Of a DNA stretch of 64,000 nucleotides, positions 9,607 through 18,613 are shown one piece after another. The stretch is from IMG/VR virus record IMGVR_UViG_3300033146_005369, positions 13,108 to 77,107 of that record; one strand, written 5' to 3'. A program made the translations under genes and the position numbers. The stretch is from a virus. Taxonomy: Duplodnaviria; Caudoviricetes. The stretch's first letter is position 1; every line of letters starts with the position of its first letter. Under the pieces are notes generated by a model that did no database searches, had not been told where the DNA came from, and saw nothing but the letters and a program-made list of their open reading frames with translations.

Positions 9607-10635
9607 CTAAAGATCTAAATTCAACTTGAAGGTAAATTCATCTTTTTCTAATTTTTTAATCGGCGTTGCTAAAGATGCAATTCCTAAAAGCTTTTTATCT
9701 TCATCATATACTAAAACTTTCGAAATGAATGTTTGTCTTTTAAATGATGAAGTCAAATCACTATAAGAAGATGTAACAACATTTTGGACCTTTGTTTCGA
9801 CATTTTCTAAATATTTTGCCGAAGATGTTGCAAACGTTTGATACTCTTCAGTAAATGTTGGGTTATTAGAAGAATTCAGTTCACCTTTTTTTGCATGAGC
9901 GAAACATGTTAAAGTGTTAGTGTAGTTGACACCCTTAAATTCTATTGTACTAGCAATTTCCAACGAGTCAATATCTCCAAATGATCTCCACTGAGTCGTA
10001 ACACCAGTTCCTAAACACCAGGAGCCAGTCATTAACAAGATCCCATCATTATACAAAATCAACCCAACACTTTCACCCTCATGACTTCCTGATGTTTCTC
10101 TCAATAATCCATCATTATACAAATCTTCAGCAATTGAAACAATATTGTCATTTTTTCGCGCTGTTAATTTTATAGAACCTTTTTTTAAAGAAGTCCCATA
10201 AAAAATTTTAGGAATGTTGATCACTCCAATATCTTTTGTTTCTAATATCTCACTATTAAAATCAGATGAGATAATTTTGTTATAATCAATCTTGTTCCTT
10301 AATGAATTGAACTTAATAGAATCACCAAAAGGTGTCAAATATTCTTGCGTTATTGAAGCTGTCAACGGATAAGAACCAGTGATTATATCTCCATATTTAT
10401 AAATTGAATTGATATCACCTTCTGTAACACTTTTAAAACTAAGTAATTCCGAGTTTTTGTAAACATAGGGATATATTTCTAAAATATTTTCCCCAAAGAT
10501 CGAAATACTGTTGTCATAAGATACATTTTTTCTTCTTTGATAAATCGCTTCACCATCCGCCATTTCACAGATGGTGTAAGGATAAGTTTTAATCCTGTTT
10601 CTCAGAATATCATTTTTATCAAATTTAAAAAACAT
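9607..10635 (-). CDS. Virion structural protein (baseplate/tail-fibre attachment-like C-terminus)
   Basis: C-terminal ISKVLVYDEDKKLLGIASLATPIKK resembles tail-collar/fibre-proximal motifs. Paralogous C-terminus to 10636..11685. Confidence 0.65.
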   Translation of the reverse strand: MFFKFDKNDILRNRIKTYPYTICEMADGEAIYQRRKNVSYDNSISIFGENILEIYPYVYKNSELLSFKSVTEGDINSIYKYGDIITGSYPLTASITQEYLTPFGDSIKFNSLRNKIDYNKIISSDFNSEILETKDIGVINIPKIFYGTSLKKGSIKLTARKNDNIVSIAEDLYNDGLLRETSGSHEGESVGLILYNDGILLMTGSWCLGTGVTTQWRSFGDIDSLEIASTIEFKGVNYTNTLTCFAHAKKGELNSSNNPTFTEEYQTFATSSAKYLENVETKVQNVVTSSYSDLTSSFKRQTFISKVLVYDEDKKLLGIASLATPIKKLEKDEFTFKLNLDL

Positions 10636-11685
10636 TTAATAACTTATTCGTGTTCTGAAAATCGCTTCAGTATCAGCAGATTTCTTATATGGCTCAGAAA
10701 GTTTCGCAACCGCAAGCAACTCACCATCAGGAGAATAAAGACCAATTCCAGTTATGTAGGCAACCGGCAAATCTTCTGACCTACTTTTGACTACAATCTT
10801 GCTATTTGACAAATAAGTTGGATTACTAGAGTAGTTAAACTCATTGTGATTCAGGCGAACAAAATAAATTGATGACTGGACTTCGGTTGTGTTAGAGAAA
10901 GTGATGTCGCGAATTCTTTCACGCATTTCGTTGGCAATATTATCAATTGTGTTACCAGTAGCCATAAATTCTAAAGGTCCTCCAGAAGAGGAAAACTCCA
11001 TTCCATCACCATCGTTGATATAATGCGATACAGACCCGGAAAGAACTAGCAAGCCAGCCTGATAAAAAATTAATCCAAACCCGGATTCACTATTTGGAGT
11101 TGCAGAGGAAGTATAAATAATTCCATACTCTCCAACAGGAGAATTAACTTTGTACGCGCTTGAAGCTCCATAATCACCGAACACTAAATCTAAATCATCT
11201 GATGAAAAATAATCCCCATAAGCTCCAGTGCCAAATGTAAATCTGAAAGAATCCTTTTTAATTTCATCTTTATATAAAGACCTATCAAAAGAGAAGAAAA
11301 AACACTCCTTCAATTTTGTTCCGCCTTCTGTTATGTTACCATCCTGATCAAATTCTAAAATTTGCCCTGTTGAATCATGCCCGAACAAGACTTGAGCCAT
11401 TTGATTATAAATTGCTATTTTCTTTGAATTTTGCTCATTTGTAGAAGCTGAAAGGTCTGAAGTACCAGCGTAGCCAAAAGTAATATCAAACATAGGAGAA
11501 GCAGAAGAAGATAGGTATGGATAATCATACACTTTCTGGAACATGCCATGTGAAAATGTTTTGATATTTTCATCGGTATAAGTACCTGACGTTATATAAG
11601 TCCCGGTAATTGGAACTCCCTCATGCAACAAGGATTTAACCCTTGTGTGGTCGTTCTCTGAGAAATTTTTATATGAAGTTGACAT
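10636..11685 (-). CDS. Virion structural protein, paralog of 9607..10635
   Basis: C-terminal NEFNYSSNPTY...ITGIGLYSPDGELLAVAKLSEPYKK aligns with GELNSSNNPTF...LGIASLATPIKK of its neighbour. Confidence 0.65.
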   Translation of the reverse strand: MSTSYKNFSENDHTRVKSLLHEGVPITGTYITSGTYTDENIKTFSHGMFQKVYDYPYLSSSASPMFDITFGYAGTSDLSASTNEQNSKKIAIYNQMAQVLFGHDSTGQILEFDQDGNITEGGTKLKECFFFSFDRSLYKDEIKKDSFRFTFGTGAYGDYFSSDDLDLVFGDYGASSAYKVNSPVGEYGIIYTSSATPNSESGFGLIFYQAGLLVLSGSVSHYINDGDGMEFSSSGGPLEFMATGNTIDNIANEMRERIRDITFSNTTEVQSSIYFVRLNHNEFNYSSNPTYLSNSKIVVKSRSEDLPVAYITGIGLYSPDGELLAVAKLSEPYKKSADTEAIFRTRISY

Positions 11686-11693
11686 TTGTTCTC

Positions 11694-12608
11694 CTATTGT
11701 TTCTTCACAAATCGTACTGGTAGTTCAATTCGATATCCAGTTGTACCACCTTCTATTGTTACATATGAATCAATATAATAACATGTTGAACCATTGTAAT
11801 CTTTGCTGGAGCCCAATGTTTCAAAAAGATATGTACTAGTGTTCAAATCGACGCTGGTCTGAACCTTAAACATCAAAATGGTTCCTCTAGGGCCTGAAAT
11901 TGCTTCAGTAGTAATATCACTTCTTGTTTCATTATTTTTGGAAACAAATTCCTTATCAATCCCGTCATTCAAAAAGTAAACGGCGATGTTATCATCATCT
12001 ACATATGAGACATTGGCAACCTTAACACCTTCCGTTGTCCTTGCAGAAACTATTTTTCCCAATCTGTTGTCTATTTTTAAAATATACTGGCTTTCATATA
12101 AGTCTGGGTCAATATTCAAAGAAGGTGTTATCTCATTTGTATCTAGACCTTGGTCTACTCTGATATAAGAATCCTTACCAGCCGAATTTTCTCCAAACAT
12201 CACACCCGTTTCAGATTCTAATAGTTTCTCCGTATCACCATCTACTGCTACTAGCCACGCATTATCAGAATGTCTTGCGGTAGCGCCAGAAGTACCACCT
12301 GAAACCTCATTAGGTTTCAAAATAGGTAGATATAAGAGATTTTTCCTAGAAATTGTTATAAGTTTGCTATTTCCTAAAGAAGTGTTGTTGGTAAACGCCT
12401 CAAGGATTAATGTCTGCAACAACTCAACATCGTAATATGCAGAACCGCTTGAATGATTTTTGTCATAAAGACCATAATCAATTTCTTCATCGAATAACGC
12501 GAACTTGGTGATCCTAAAAGAACCATCACCTCGTGCCAATCTTTCTCTCCCAGCATCCGTTAAGACAGTATCCATAATGATATCGCCTGAATTATCAAGA
12601 ATTGCCAT
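11694..12608 (-). CDS. Putative virion structural protein
   Basis: N-terminal LTDAGRERLARGDGSFRITKFALFDEEIDY shared with 17660..18613. Lies in the structural module. Confidence 0.6.
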   Translation of the reverse strand: MAILDNSGDIIMDTVLTDAGRERLARGDGSFRITKFALFDEEIDYGLYDKNHSSGSAYYDVELLQTLILEAFTNNTSLGNSKLITISRKNLLYLPILKPNEVSGGTSGATARHSDNAWLVAVDGDTEKLLESETGVMFGENSAGKDSYIRVDQGLDTNEITPSLNIDPDLYESQYILKIDNRLGKIVSARTTEGVKVANVSYVDDDNIAVYFLNDGIDKEFVSKNNETRSDITTEAISGPRGTILMFKVQTSVDLNTSTYLFETLGSSKDYNGSTCYYIDSYVTIEGGTTGYRIELPVRFVKKQ

Positions 12609-14920
12609 TATTTATTTTCCCTCACTTTTTCAAATTTAAAATTCATATCGTAAATCTTACCAGTTTGTTTAGAAGTCATTCGCAACTTCATATTTTTACC
12701 AAATACAGACTTCTTGTTTATAAATGGTGGTAAATTTCTGCTGTACTCAAATTCCAGAGCTTCTTTACTAATTAGGCTTTGCTCTAATGTTGGCGTCAAA
12801 TATAAATACCTTTTCATACTCTTGGTCTCAACCTCAACTTGATGATCCAAATCCTCGATACTAACTTCCAAATAGTTAAAACCCTCTTCGGAATTCAAGA
12901 TGACTTTAAATATTGATGATGGATTCGATATGAATCCATGATTATCAAGTCCTCTGAAAAGATACCAGTAATATGTATTAGGAAGGATCTTATCAACAAA
13001 CGCTGTCTGATCATCTGTCAAAAACTCGGCTCTCTTTTTATTATAAAATGATTGTAGGCTTACTGGTTTTTCATCTAGACGATAAATTTGTATTTTAACA
13101 AGGTTTTCCTCAGCCTGGAATAATATTTTTTCACCAAATTCACGCTCTTGGCTCTCATATGCCTTGCTTATGATACCGATTTCATAATCAAAAGATTTAA
13201 AAACCTCGAAAAGTACACCTGAATTACTGTCAAATCGCATCAAAAGCGAATCATTTTTACCAATATAACTGTCAAATTTGACATTTGGATAAATTGGTGG
13301 GTTATCCAACATATAAACAGAATCAGTAAAATGAGGAATTTTATAGATCCTTGTGAAATTGCTTTCTTCAAATCTCATAAAGACCATCCCACTTTTACCA
13401 TTCGGGATTCCAAAGTTGGTTTCTGGGATATCTACATCTAAAAGAACTGAAATATCCTGTTCGGCGTTACCTTGAATGGCAGCTCCAACTTGGTTTTGAC
13501 TAATTTGCTTTGGCCCCTTATAAGTCTTGAAATTTTTAGCATCCTCATTCATCTGGTCTTTTAATGTGTCTAGAGAAACTGTATTGCCAATATCAGTTAT
13601 CGTAGCACCAGCATTCCTAATGTACAATTTCGTCCCAATCGACACTTTGTAATCATATATCCTATATTCGTACTTCTTGTCGTATTTGACTTGTAGATCA
13701 ATAAGTTTAATTTCAGAATCTTTTGTTGCCGGAATGAAATAACTTTGCATAGGTTTATTCGCAACAGTTAAAATACCATTCTGTAATACTTTTTCGTGCT
13801 TATCGATTCTATATAGCAGTGTTTCATCAAATGTAGCATTTTGTTCACCATGATATGAAATCAGATCTTTTAACGTTTTACTGTTCTCGCTTCTGATCTG
13901 AAACAGTTTCGACAATATTAATAGAAAAAGGAGAGGATTTTCTACAACCTCATTGGTTTTATAATCTTTTTCGGTGAAAATTAAACATTTCTTTTCAAGA
14001 AAATCTACATCATATTTCTCTCCACCATTAGCAATCTTGTTGAACCAAGAATCTAAATCAAATTGCTTTATATCGACCTTTATCCCATCATCCTCAAATT
14101 GTAGTGTTTCGGCAGAATTATCACTCTGTACCAGCCACAGAATCAGATCTTGGAACAGATCCGCTTCTTTTAGCGCAATATTGTATTGTTCTATCAATTT
14201 AGAATTAAAATTGATACTGATATAAAATGGGAAAACACTCTTGAACGGTTCAACATCTTTTACAAAATCAAAGTGATCACTCATAATCACAATATGCTTC
14301 ATCATATCAATGAAAGCAGTTTTAGAAAAGTTTTTTAAACTGTTTTCATTCTTGACATAATTTTCTAAAAACGGTTTGATATTGCCCTCATCAGCAATTT
14401 GTTCTTTCGTCTTGTAAGAGTCACCCTGTTGTTTCGGTTTGAATAAATCCTTTATAACACCGTTTTTTGAGTTTGATATTTTTGTTTTAGTCACCTCGTT
14501 TTTTGGTGCCTTATAAATGAAGCTCATATCTTCAACACGCTTTTCTCTCTCGTGCGAATATAAATTGGGTAAGGCCAATTCTGCAACATCATCCAACATT
14601 TCTTCATATTTTTTGTGATAAAAGTTGTAATGTTTTTTGGTTGATGCTGTTAAATAACTTCCCTTTTCATTTGGCAACACTTTTCTAATACCATTATAAT
14701 AAAAAGTTTTTCCCTTGATTTGTGTCACAATCGAATTTAAAAATTCGTCTCGTTGCCCTTCTGTCTCAAACGATTCAGTATAAACCAATAACAAGTCGTC
14801 TTTCAGTTCTAGTCGTCTAATCTTTTCGTGCTTTTCTATATCTAACAATGATCTCCAAGACTTATTGTCCATTGGGAATTGTATTATTGCTGATTTGTAA
14901 TTCTTCATTCGTTTATCCAA
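12608..14920 (-). CDS. Large hypothetical protein, probably structural
   Basis: 770-aa ORF coupled within the structural operon. Beta-rich C-terminal part (TYYWYLFRGLD). Confidence 0.6.
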   Translation of the reverse strand: MDKRMKNYKSAIIQFPMDNKSWRSLLDIEKHEKIRRLELKDDLLLVYTESFETEGQRDEFLNSIVTQIKGKTFYYNGIRKVLPNEKGSYLTASTKKHYNFYHKKYEEMLDDVAELALPNLYSHEREKRVEDMSFIYKAPKNEVTKTKISNSKNGVIKDLFKPKQQGDSYKTKEQIADEGNIKPFLENYVKNENSLKNFSKTAFIDMMKHIVIMSDHFDFVKDVEPFKSVFPFYISINFNSKLIEQYNIALKEADLFQDLILWLVQSDNSAETLQFEDDGIKVDIKQFDLDSWFNKIANGGEKYDVDFLEKKCLIFTEKDYKTNEVVENPLLFLLILSKLFQIRSENSKTLKDLISYHGEQNATFDETLLYRIDKHEKVLQNGILTVANKPMQSYFIPATKDSEIKLIDLQVKYDKKYEYRIYDYKVSIGTKLYIRNAGATITDIGNTVSLDTLKDQMNEDAKNFKTYKGPKQISQNQVGAAIQGNAEQDISVLLDVDIPETNFGIPNGKSGMVFMRFEESNFTRIYKIPHFTDSVYMLDNPPIYPNVKFDSYIGKNDSLLMRFDSNSGVLFEVFKSFDYEIGIISKAYESQEREFGEKILFQAEENLVKIQIYRLDEKPVSLQSFYNKKRAEFLTDDQTAFVDKILPNTYYWYLFRGLDNHGFISNPSSIFKVILNSEEGFNYLEVSIEDLDHQVEVETKSMKRYLYLTPTLEQSLISKEALEFEYSRNLPPFINKKSVFGKNMKLRMTSKQTGKIYDMNFKFEKVRENK

Positions 14921-17666
14921 TTTTTATAGAAGGTGCACGATTTCTTTTTGCTTCTCTTTCAAAATCTATTTTCAAGTTGAAATCCAATTTCTGTTCTAAA
15001 TCCTGACTACTGCTTTTATCTATACGTTTTTGTGTTAACACTATTTTTTTAGCATAAGTATCGCGAGTTTTTTGCTTCTCTTGAGGCGCTACTTTGACAA
15101 ATAATTTTGACTTATTGGCAGATGCTATAATAGAATCTACAGCATCAATTGTATCCATAAAATCTGTCATATCTTCTTCTGTCTGTAACGTCAAAGTCGG
15201 TGCAGAAGCGGGAATCTGAATAGACATTTCTGCGACTTCTTCATGCTCATCTTGTGGAATTCTTGTCTGAGGAATCTGAATAGACATTTCTGTGACTTCT
15301 TCCTGTTCATCTTGGGAAATCCTTGTCTGAGGAATCTGAATAGACATTTCTGCGACTTCTTCATGCTCATCTTGGGGAATCCTTGTCTGAGGAATCTGAA
15401 TAGACATTTCTGCGACTTCTTCCTGTTCATCTTGGGAAATCCTTGTCTGAGGCTCAACCTCAATAAACAAATCTGGATTATTTGTTTTTTTCGTTTTAAC
15501 TACCATCTTTGTCTGAGGAGTTGTAACCTTTGGTTGAGGAACTTGGACTTGAACCTTTGGTTGAGGAGTTAGAACCTTTGTCTGAGGAGTTGTAACCTTT
15601 GTCTGAGGAGTTGTAACCTTTGGTTGTGGAACTTGGACTTGAACCTTTGGTTGAGGAGTTGGAACCTTTGTCTGAGGAGTTGTAACCTTTGGTTGTGGAA
15701 CTTGGACTTGAACCTTTGGTTGAGGAGTTGGAACCTTTGTCTGAGGAGTTGTAACCTTTGGTTGAGGAACTTGGACTTGAACCTTTGGTTGAGGAGTTAG
15801 AACCTTTGTTTGTGGAACTTGGACTTGAACCTTTGGTTGAGGAGTTAGAACCTTTGTTTGTGGAACTTGGACTTGAACCTTTGTTTGTGGAACTTGGACT
15901 TGAACCTTTGGTTGAGGAGTTAGAACCTTTGTTTGAGGAACTTGGACTTGAACCTTTGGTTGAGGAACTTGGACTTGAACCTTGGGGGCCAGAAACGGTA
16001 TTTTCGCTTCAAAAGAAGTATCAGGAGTTGCTTCAAATGATTCAGTCCTCTTTTCAAAGGGATTAATAAAATCCTCTTTTCCTATTATTACTAAATCTTC
16101 AGGCATACTTTGGACTTCCATCTCTCTTATATTAGAATCGACAACAAGACTTGAAATGTTTCTCTCCTTCCCAAATCTGTTTGCATTATAAACACCTCTA
16201 AAAACAATTGTGCTTCGTGTCGCAATCTTTGGTGTTGACAAAATCAGACGAGATATCAACCCACTAAGATTGTCTATTTTGTTTTCTAAATATTGTATTG
16301 ATTCAAATGTTGCATTGAAGGGCGCGCATAAATTAAAGACAACAGAAGTCTTTAAATTTCTCCCAAGAGAATTGTTAATTTGAACAAATTCCTCAATCAT
16401 ATCATAAAATTCATTTAAATATTCATTTGAAACTTTGGAAACAAAGTCTTTTTTTACCTCTTGCAACTCATAATCATAATAAAAAGAAATAAGATTTATA
16501 TAATTTTTATAACTTACACTTATCTCTTGTAAACGAATCAAGTACAAATTCAATTGTTTATAGGTCGGATCTTCAACTGTAATCTTGGCTATGTACCTAT
16601 AATAGCCATAATTTTTGTCTTTTACTCCACTATCTCGTAAAACAAATCTCCTCAAAGACCGATTTGAAGACGGGATCTCTCGTAATGAATCACTTGAAAC
16701 TGATAATCTAGAAGGAAACGTTAACCAATCAGTTGTCTGCTTATTCGGAATTGGTTTTAAAAGCATTTCTCCAATAGAAGCAACTGTTTCAACTACATTT
16801 TCAATCTCATGCTCCTTATCAACAAAAGTCTGTACTCCAACTTTGTTAAAAGTATATAACCAATCAAGTCTGTACCTGCCAACTTCTATGTTCAATATTC
16901 GCGCTTTAGAAAGCAGACCTGGATCATATTCAAACAAGTTTGGAAACAAAGTAGATTTTTCCATTAAACGTTTGAAATCAATATCAAAAACGATTTCAAC
17001 CCCGTCTGATGAATCGAATTGTTCACGAATCATGAAGGTTTTTTCTTCATTTGTATTATTTGTAAGAGATATTTTTTTATCAAAATCAGAATCTTTTTTG
17101 GAATGTATTGTCCAATCTGGAACTGTTACAATATCAATTTCCCTCCCAGAAAGTGTTAACGCTGTTTTTGAACTTTCATCTATTACAAAATTGCCATTAT
17201 AATTTTTATCATCAAGTGACAGGATATCCTTCGTCGTTTTTATTGTACCATTTTCATATACTTTTTGACTAGTTGTTCTCCCTGTTTCGTAATCCTTTAA
17301 GAAGCTGCCATATTTTGCATCAATTGAATGTTTATTAATCAAACCTTCCAAATCAAATTCGAGACGACATGAAATCTCATAATCTTGTACAATATCATCA
17401 ATTTCAGTATCGCATTCAATTTCATAAGATTCTTTTTTCGCATTCATATTTGGTAAAGCCAAAGTTTCGACTTTAGCGATACCATTTTCATTCTTTTGGA
17501 AAATACCTATTTTAACAAAATCCGCCACTTCTTTGTTAAATAACCATTTGTTCCCCTCTTTTTCTAAAGAAATAGTAGTTGTTAACTTGGTCTTTTCTAT
17601 TTGTTCTCCTTCAACATCTACTCTTTTTATAGCCAAATCGGGGATTTTTCCCATTTTATTTAACAT
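14913..17666 (-). CDS. Large protein with Pro/Thr/Gln/Val-rich tandem repeats, probably structural
   Basis: 917-aa ORF containing QPKVQVQVP / TTPQTKV arrays and four 20-aa repeats. Confidence 0.7.
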   Translation of the reverse strand: MLNKMGKIPDLAIKRVDVEGEQIEKTKLTTTISLEKEGNKWLFNKEVADFVKIGIFQKNENGIAKVETLALPNMNAKKESYEIECDTEIDDIVQDYEISCRLEFDLEGLINKHSIDAKYGSFLKDYETGRTTSQKVYENGTIKTTKDILSLDDKNYNGNFVIDESSKTALTLSGREIDIVTVPDWTIHSKKDSDFDKKISLTNNTNEEKTFMIREQFDSSDGVEIVFDIDFKRLMEKSTLFPNLFEYDPGLLSKARILNIEVGRYRLDWLYTFNKVGVQTFVDKEHEIENVVETVASIGEMLLKPIPNKQTTDWLTFPSRLSVSSDSLREIPSSNRSLRRFVLRDSGVKDKNYGYYRYIAKITVEDPTYKQLNLYLIRLQEISVSYKNYINLISFYYDYELQEVKKDFVSKVSNEYLNEFYDMIEEFVQINNSLGRNLKTSVVFNLCAPFNATFESIQYLENKIDNLSGLISRLILSTPKIATRSTIVFRGVYNANRFGKERNISSLVVDSNIREMEVQSMPEDLVIIGKEDFINPFEKRTESFEATPDTSFEAKIPFLAPKVQVQVPQPKVQVQVPQTKVLTPQPKVQVQVPQTKVQVQVPQTKVLTPQPKVQVQVPQTKVLTPQPKVQVQVPQPKVTTPQTKVPTPQPKVQVQVPQPKVTTPQTKVPTPQPKVQVQVPQPKVTTPQTKVTTPQTKVLTPQPKVQVQVPQPKVTTPQTKMVVKTKKTNNPDLFIEVEPQTRISQDEQEEVAEMSIQIPQTRIPQDEHEEVAEMSIQIPQTRISQDEQEEVTEMSIQIPQTRIPQDEHEEVAEMSIQIPASAPTLTLQTEEDMTDFMDTIDAVDSIIASANKSKLFVKVAPQEKQKTRDTYAKKIVLTQKRIDKSSSQDLEQKLDFNLKIDFEREAKRNRAPSIKIG
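15211..15450. repeat. Four 60-bp tandem repeats (alternating A/B variants), in frame
   Basis: ggaatctgaatagacatttctg(c/t)gacttcttc... starts at 15211, 15271, 15331 and 15391. Encodes QIPQTRI(S/P)QDE(Q/H)EEV(A/T)EMSI. Confidence 0.95.
15508..15983. repeat. Mosaic array of 27-bp, 18-bp and related in-frame repeat units
   Basis: Units such as ttggttgaggaacttggacttgaacct and ttgtctgaggagttgtaacct interleaved over ~480 bp. Confidence 0.93.
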
Positions 17667-18613
17667 ATTTCGTTACCGCCATCTAAATCACTATCAATTT
17701 TGTCATATACATTACTAGTATCTATCACAATAGGAACATTATCTAGACAATCGATATCCTCATCCAAGAAAATATTTTTATTTACTTGTTTTTTAACATG
17801 CTTACAAAGAATGCGTGAATCTATCTCATCATCATGCTTAATCGAAAGATAAAATTGAGCATATTTTTCCTTTTCTTCATCACATAATAAATCATAATTT
17901 TTAGCAAAAGGCAATTTTTGTAAAATTGTTTCATTTGTCTCTTCATCTAAATCATATGTGAATAATTCAAATTCAAAATTTTCTTTCAAATAATCAGTAT
18001 TGTGTTCCATTATCTCTAGCAAAATATAATCACTAGTAACCTTGAATCTCGTCCCATCATCAAATGGTTCCGAAAAGTACTCCAAATAAGCCTCCTCATC
18101 TGTGTACTCTCCTTCGTTAAATTGCGAAGAATATTCTTCATCAAGGGCTTGTTCAGAACTCTCTTCCAAAGCAATAACAAATTCTGGATCTTTCATATTC
18201 AGTTGAGCAATTTTAATAGGATGTGAATTGCCTTCCAAAAATTGTTCAACAGTGTCCAACTCGCCTTTATAAAAAGTTACTTCAACCGCTGGCGCATATA
18301 AATTACCAATTTCTGCATTGCCCAAAACTGACTCAGCAAATCTTAGACCCTCTTTAGAACCGCCCTCAATCTTTCTTACTGTTGAATCAGGGCTTTCATA
18401 AGTTCTAGCTGGACATAATTTTGGGGTTGTTTTAATACGATTTCCAGCAGCACTCTGACATTCTTCAAAATTCCCATTGCTCGAATTGTATAAAATATCA
18501 TCGTCAACAAATTTATAATAAACAGGTTCAAAATGACCTGTTGCCAACTTCTCTTTGCCATGCCTCGTTAAAATAAATTGGAGTACTTCTTCTTTTTTAT
18601 CGTGAAATGACAT
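17660..18613 (-). CDS. Putative virion structural protein (N-terminus paralogous to 11694..12608)
   Basis: LTRHGKEKLATGHFEPVYYKFVDDDILY motif, acidic central part. Confidence 0.6.
   Translation of the reverse strand: MSFHDKKEEVLQFILTRHGKEKLATGHFEPVYYKFVDDDILYNSSNGNFEECQSAAGNRIKTTPKLCPARTYESPDSTVRKIEGGSKEGLRFAESVLGNAEIGNLYAPAVEVTFYKGELDTVEQFLEGNSHPIKIAQLNMKDPEFVIALEESSEQALDEEYSSQFNEGEYTDEEAYLEYFSEPFDDGTRFKVTSDYILLEIMEHNTDYLKENFEFELFTYDLDEETNETILQKLPFAKNYDLLCDEEKEKYAQFYLSIKHDDEIDSRILCKHVKKQVNKNIFLDEDIDCLDNVPIVIDTSNVYDKIDSDLDGGNEIC

Noticed and set aside
15211-15450. 60-bp repeats as a CRISPR array
   Set aside because: Head-to-tail with no unique spacers, and in frame within a long CDS.
15191-16066. 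Alternative-frame ORFs 15191..15463 and 15758..16066
   Set aside because: They are by-products of stop-free tandem repeats inside the 917-aa gene.
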